DNA of 39,585 nucleotides from Kiritimatiellia bacterium (GTDB lineage: Bacteria > Verrucomicrobiota > Kiritimatiellia > CAIKKV01 > CAITUY01), in NCBI GenBank assembly GCA_044344495.1, contig JBIJCW010000003.1, positions 1 to 39,585 of the forward strand, in the 5' to 3' direction. The position numbers were made by a program, and so were the translations under genes. The notes beneath the pieces are model-generated. The model worked only from the letters and a program-made list of their open reading frames with translations. It was not told the origin of the DNA and ran no database searches. Below are positions 35,797 to 39,585 of the stretch, one piece after another (positions within the stretch are counted from its first letter, which is position 1; the number at the start of each line of letters is the position of its first letter).

Positions 35797-37230
35797 ATGA
35801 AGAAAATCGCCGGTATGCTTGTTACACTTGCCTTGGCTAAGGCGGCATCCGCCGCTGTCGGCTTACCCTACAGCATAGCGTTTGAAACCAATGCACCAGT
35901 CGGTTCAACCATTCTGAGCAACGCCAACGCCGGGGCTTGGAACGGAACGGACGGCGCGGTGGCCATCATAACCAACATCAGCTACTCATCCGATCGCCAA
36001 TCCCCTGTCGTACAGTACCCGCTGAACGATGAATCGCACAGCAATGTGCTTATGTTTTCAGACGGCACAATCTCCAACATGGTCTCCGCGACGGGGATCA
36101 CTCAAGTGTGGCTGGACGCCATGATCCAACCGATTTTTACAGAAACCATGCCCACAAATGAGGCCGTTACTAACTCCCAAATGTCCATATGTTTCGACAC
36201 AAACGGGTACATGAATGTGTACCATGGAGTGAGAACGAATGCAGGTTGGGGAAGCCCTAACTATGGACAATGGAGTGTCGTCAGCAATAGTTTTGGTCCC
36301 GTTGCACCAAGTAAATGGATCCGTGTCACCGTCGTCATGAAACACGACACTGTTGGCGACGAAGCCTCATTTATGTCCTTCTTTAAAGTGCAACTGAACG
36401 GAATTGATTTCACAAATGCCTTGGCATACTCCAACCCAGACGGGACACTTAACCCAACAGGGCCATGGTTCCTCTGCGCTAACTATATCGGCAACGAAAT
36501 GCATCAGGTCGACCTCTCCGGCAGCGGACTGTTAGACGACTTGGTGATATCCACCAATGCTGGAAGTTACGGCGCATCATTGCCCTCCATCTATGTATCA
36601 TTTGTCGGGAACGGATCAGTGTCGCCCTCTGGCACTGTCGCCCTCCCTGCTAGCCCTGGCACAACCAACTTCAACATTCTCGCCTCAACCTACTACCAGA
36701 TTGCCTCGGTCTATACCGGGGTCGTCGCCGGCGTCTCCAATGCCATCGTAACGGCACAGGGCGCAGGAAACTACAACTTGGTCTGGTCGAACATCACCGT
36801 AGATTCCACGTTGTTCGTCAGCTTCGAAGCCCAAATGGCCACCAATAGCACCCCTGTATACTGGATGGCCGGAAATGGCCTCATGACCAATGGACTCCAC
36901 CTTACGTGGAATGACGTCGCGCTCTACGACGAGGATGGCGACGGCATGATCACATGGCAGGAATATCTGGCAGGCACAAATCCCGACAACTCGAACTCGG
37001 TGTTGAGGCTCCTGCGCCAAACCGTCAGTAATGGAATTCCGCGCATCGTCTGGCTGAGCAGCACAAGCGCCGTGGCACCCTACCTGGTTCAACTGTCAAC
37101 GAACCTTCCGAACGCAATCTGGAGCAACGTGGCCGCCAATGTGTCAGCCATGGAGGGAGGCACAAACACGCTCGACCTGCCGGCACCCGGTTCAGTCCCT
37201 GCATTCTATCGTGTAACGATCACCAACTGA
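35797..37230 (+). CDS. Secreted beta-rich protein: LamG-like N-domain, InlB-B-repeat-like domain, DxDGDG Ca-binding motif and FYRV C-terminal domain
   Basis: Signal peptide MKKIAG...AASA, WIRVTV...LDDLVIS, GNGSVSPSG, DEDGDGMITWQEYLAGTNP, YLVQLSTNL..W...FYRVTITN. Domain names are inference. Confidence 0.85.
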   Translation: MKKIAGMLVTLALAKAASAAVGLPYSIAFETNAPVGSTILSNANAGAWNGTDGAVAIITNISYSSDRQSPVVQYPLNDESHSNVLMFSDGTISNMVSATGITQVWLDAMIQPIFTETMPTNEAVTNSQMSICFDTNGYMNVYHGVRTNAGWGSPNYGQWSVVSNSFGPVAPSKWIRVTVVMKHDTVGDEASFMSFFKVQLNGIDFTNALAYSNPDGTLNPTGPWFLCANYIGNEMHQVDLSGSGLLDDLVISTNAGSYGASLPSIYVSFVGNGSVSPSGTVALPASPGTTNFNILASTYYQIASVYTGVVAGVSNAIVTAQGAGNYNLVWSNITVDSTLFVSFEAQMATNSTPVYWMAGNGLMTNGLHLTWNDVALYDEDGDGMITWQEYLAGTNPDNSNSVLRLLRQTVSNGIPRIVWLSSTSAVAPYLVQLSTNLPNAIWSNVAANVSAMEGGTNTLDLPAPGSVPAFYRVTITN

Positions 37231-37245
37231 TCGCCTAACCACAGC

Positions 37246-37284
37246 AAACAAAAAGGACGCCTCCTCGAGGCGTCCTTTTTGTTT
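37246..37284. terminator. Bidirectional intrinsic terminator
   Basis: Perfect 18-bp inverted repeat AAACAAAAAGGACGCCTC-ctc-GAGGCGTCCTTTTTGTTT between convergent genes. Confidence 0.9.
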
Positions 37285-37305
37285 ACCGGTGATCCCGAAG
37301 TGGTC

Positions 37306-38562
37306 TCAGTGTTTGAAACAACGCTGCCCAGTAAACACCATGGCCACATTGGCCTCGTTACAGGCCTCAATGACCTCAAAATCCCGCTCGGATCCACCCG
37401 GTTGAATCACAGCCGAAATACCTTCCCGAATCCCAACCTCCACCCCATCGCGGAACGGAAAGAACGCATCCGACACCATGCAGGAACCTTTCAGCCCCCC
37501 CTTACGAACCACCGTCTCCTCATCGATGGCAGATTTCTTGTTCTCTTCCGTTAGCGTGTTGTACGGCACTCCGTACCGTTCCCGCGATATCCGGTCAGCC
37601 AGATTGCGGTAAGCCTTGTCACGGGCATACTGGGCCATGCCAACACGATCCTGCCCTCCCGCCCCAATGCTGACCGTCACTCCATCCTTCACATAAAGGA
37701 CGGAGTTGCTCGTTACCCCGCACTCCACCAACCACCCAAACATCAAATCCTCGTACTCCTTCTCCGTTGGCATGCGCCCCACCTTATACTCCTTGCCCTT
37801 GTATAGGGTCTCAGCCTGTGTCAGCCCTGCTTTGTTTCGCGTGATCGGCACAAACGACGTCTGGACAATAATCCCTCCATCCACCAGGGACTTCAAATCA
37901 AGAGTCACCGCCCCCGCAAACTCCCGAAGCCGAGCCATGTTTCCGATCCGCATCACCCTCAGATTCTTCTTTCTGGCAAATACATCCATGACCCCGTCGC
38001 CAAATTCAGGAGCCACAACCACCTCAGCGTAGTTCTCGGTGATCAGCCGGGCTGTCTCGATATCAACAGTCCGGTTCAAGGCGATAGCGCCACCAAATGC
38101 CGCCACACGGTCCGCCATGTTGGCTTTGTCATAGGCATCGGCGAGGGACTCAGCCCGGGCCGCACCGCATGGATTGTTGTGCTTTACAATGACCGCGCAA
38201 GGCGTGTCCATCAAATACCGCATGATGTTGAGGGCATTGTCGGCATCCGTGATGTTAGTTTTGCCGGGATGCTTGCCAGACTGAAGAAGCTCAACATCCG
38301 ATGCCAGATAACGCCCGGACTGGATACAACTCACCTCGCCAATCGTCAGGTTACCCCCAACCAACTTGAACAGGGCCGCCTCCTGTCCAGGATTCTCCCC
38401 ATAACGCAACCCTTTGCGGACACCTTCAATTAACCAGGAGACCTTTTCATAGGTAAGCGCCTGCCGCCGACCGCTTTCATCAATAAATGCGATCTCCATG
38501 CAGGGCGGGAAATGATCGTCCATGATCGTCTTGTATGCTGACTTGAAGTCGTGTGTGGCCAT
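37306..38562 (-). CDS. PurH-like AICAR transformylase (lacks the N-terminal MGS-like IMP cyclohydrolase domain)
   Basis: LRYGENPGQ, VKHNNPCG, AFGG, SNSV, GQDRV, SDAFFPFRDG, QPGGSERD, FTGQRCFKH. AGGAGG RBS before ATG 38562. Confidence 0.88.
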   Translation of the reverse strand: MATHDFKSAYKTIMDDHFPPCMEIAFIDESGRRQALTYEKVSWLIEGVRKGLRYGENPGQEAALFKLVGGNLTIGEVSCIQSGRYLASDVELLQSGKHPGKTNITDADNALNIMRYLMDTPCAVIVKHNNPCGAARAESLADAYDKANMADRVAAFGGAIALNRTVDIETARLITENYAEVVVAPEFGDGVMDVFARKKNLRVMRIGNMARLREFAGAVTLDLKSLVDGGIIVQTSFVPITRNKAGLTQAETLYKGKEYKVGRMPTEKEYEDLMFGWLVECGVTSNSVLYVKDGVTVSIGAGGQDRVGMAQYARDKAYRNLADRISRERYGVPYNTLTEENKKSAIDEETVVRKGGLKGSCMVSDAFFPFRDGVEVGIREGISAVIQPGGSERDFEVIEACNEANVAMVFTGQRCFKH

Positions 38563-38631
38563 GCCATGCCTCCTGAAATAGGCCTTGCGCACAGAATGGC
38601 TCATCCATCCTGCGCCGCTTGTACGGCTGTT

Positions 38632-38660
38632 ACCATACCCTACTTCCAATCCGGAAACAA
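38632..38660 (-). promoter_or_regulatory. Internal promoter for the purH-like gene
   Basis: TTGTTT-17 bp-TATGGT just downstream of the folD stop. Confidence 0.45.
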
Positions 38661-38666
38661 CAAGAC

Positions 38667-39551
38667 TTACAACCCGTTCGCTCGTTTCGCAGACTCGACG
38701 GTATTATAGAGAAGCATGGTGATCGTCATTGGGCCAACACCACCGGGAACCGGCGTGACCATGCTGGCTTTCTTCATGCACCCATCAAAATCCACATCGC
38801 CAACCAGACGGAACCCCTGTTTCTTGGTAACGTCGTCCACCCGGTTGACTCCGACATCAATGACCACAGCACCTTCCTTGATCATGTCGGCCGTCACGGT
38901 GTTCGGCCGCCCTGCCGCTGCGATCACAATATCCGCCTGACGTGTGAAATAGCCAATGTCCTTGGTCCTCGTGTGGCATACAGTGACCGTGGCGTTGGCG
39001 CTCTTGCCCTTTGCCATCAACATGTTGGCCAACGGCTTACCGACAATGTTGCTACGCCCGACAATCACAACATGCGCCCCTTCAATCGGTACGCCGCTCC
39101 TCGCAAGCATCTGCACCACCCCATGCGGCGTACATGGCAAAAAGGCCTCTTCCCCGACCACCATTCGCCCGACGTTCATTGGATGGAAGCCGTCAACATC
39201 CTTGTCAGGATCAATGGTCAGAAGCACCTCGCTCTCATCCAGATGCTTCGGCAGCGGCAATTGAACCAAGATGCCGTTGATCCTGGGATCAGCATTCATC
39301 TTCTTGACCAGTGTAATCAGACTATCTTGGCTGGTCGTCGCAGGAAGACGGTTGTCATCCGAGAAAATACCAATTTCATGACAGGCTGTTTCCTTGGCTG
39401 TGACGTAGGATCGTGACGCCGGATCATCGCCGACAAGGATGACGCCAAGACCGGGAATAATCCCCTTTTCCTTCATGCGTCTTATCTCCACCGCCAACTC
39501 GCCTCGAATCGTCGCCGCTATCGCCTTGCCATCAATAATACTCGCCATCAT
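38667..39551 (-). CDS. folD: Methylene-THF dehydrogenase/cyclohydrolase
   Basis: [48 protein letters not shown]. Confidence 0.98.
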   Translation of the reverse strand: MMASIIDGKAIAATIRGELAVEIRRMKEKGIIPGLGVILVGDDPASRSYVTAKETACHEIGIFSDDNRLPATTSQDSLITLVKKMNADPRINGILVQLPLPKHLDESEVLLTIDPDKDVDGFHPMNVGRMVVGEEAFLPCTPHGVVQMLARSGVPIEGAHVVIVGRSNIVGKPLANMLMAKGKSANATVTVCHTRTKDIGYFTRQADIVIAAAGRPNTVTADMIKEGAVVIDVGVNRVDDVTKKQGFRLVGDVDFDGCMKKASMVTPVPGGVGPMTITMLLYNTVESAKRANGL

Positions 39552-39585
39552 TAGTCACCCTCTTCCTTTTTCAGTGTACTGCTTT

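Noticed and set aside
38563-38666. ZTP (pfl) or THF riboswitch before the purH-like gene
   Set aside because: The conserved riboswitch sequence elements are not recognisable; only a simple hairpin is present.

Overview
High-GC bacterial chromosomal window with a strongly C-rich + strand. Gene content and order suggest the PVC superphylum, probably a Kiritimatiellia/Verrucomicrobiota-type organism (inference): mcsA-mcsB-clpC without ctsR, ffh-rpsP-khpA-trmD-rplS-rnhB-yraN without rimM, and an S/T-N-rich secreted protein ending in FYRV. Most of the window is housekeeping: a class I glutamine amidotransferase, BatD, pdxA plus a corrinoid-type ABC importer, tsaB, a parvulin, three tRNAs (Pro-GGG, His-GTG, Pro-TGG), a lytic transglycosylase, a UvrD-family helicase, a hybrid histidine kinase, an aldose epimerase, pgsA-der, ettA, an AICAR-transformylase-only purH and folD. 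No transposase, integrase or CRISPR array was seen. Three loci stand out. (1) A glycan-export module (beta-barrel, Wzc, short OPX) with no glycosyltransferase, flippase or polymerase, followed by a separately promoted secreted coiled-coil protein ending in 16 Thr plus KPSPTPVGRR and a membrane-anchored TPR-like protein; this is a candidate surface-glycoprotein/EPS anchoring system. (2) A 651-aa unknown protein with atypical kinase-fold-like motifs, divergently paired with a stand-alone Ngg-type ATP-grasp ligase that has an altered active-site motif. (3) A secreted protein in which 25 of 43 Asn follow Ser/Thr and which carries a candidate C-terminal sorting domain.
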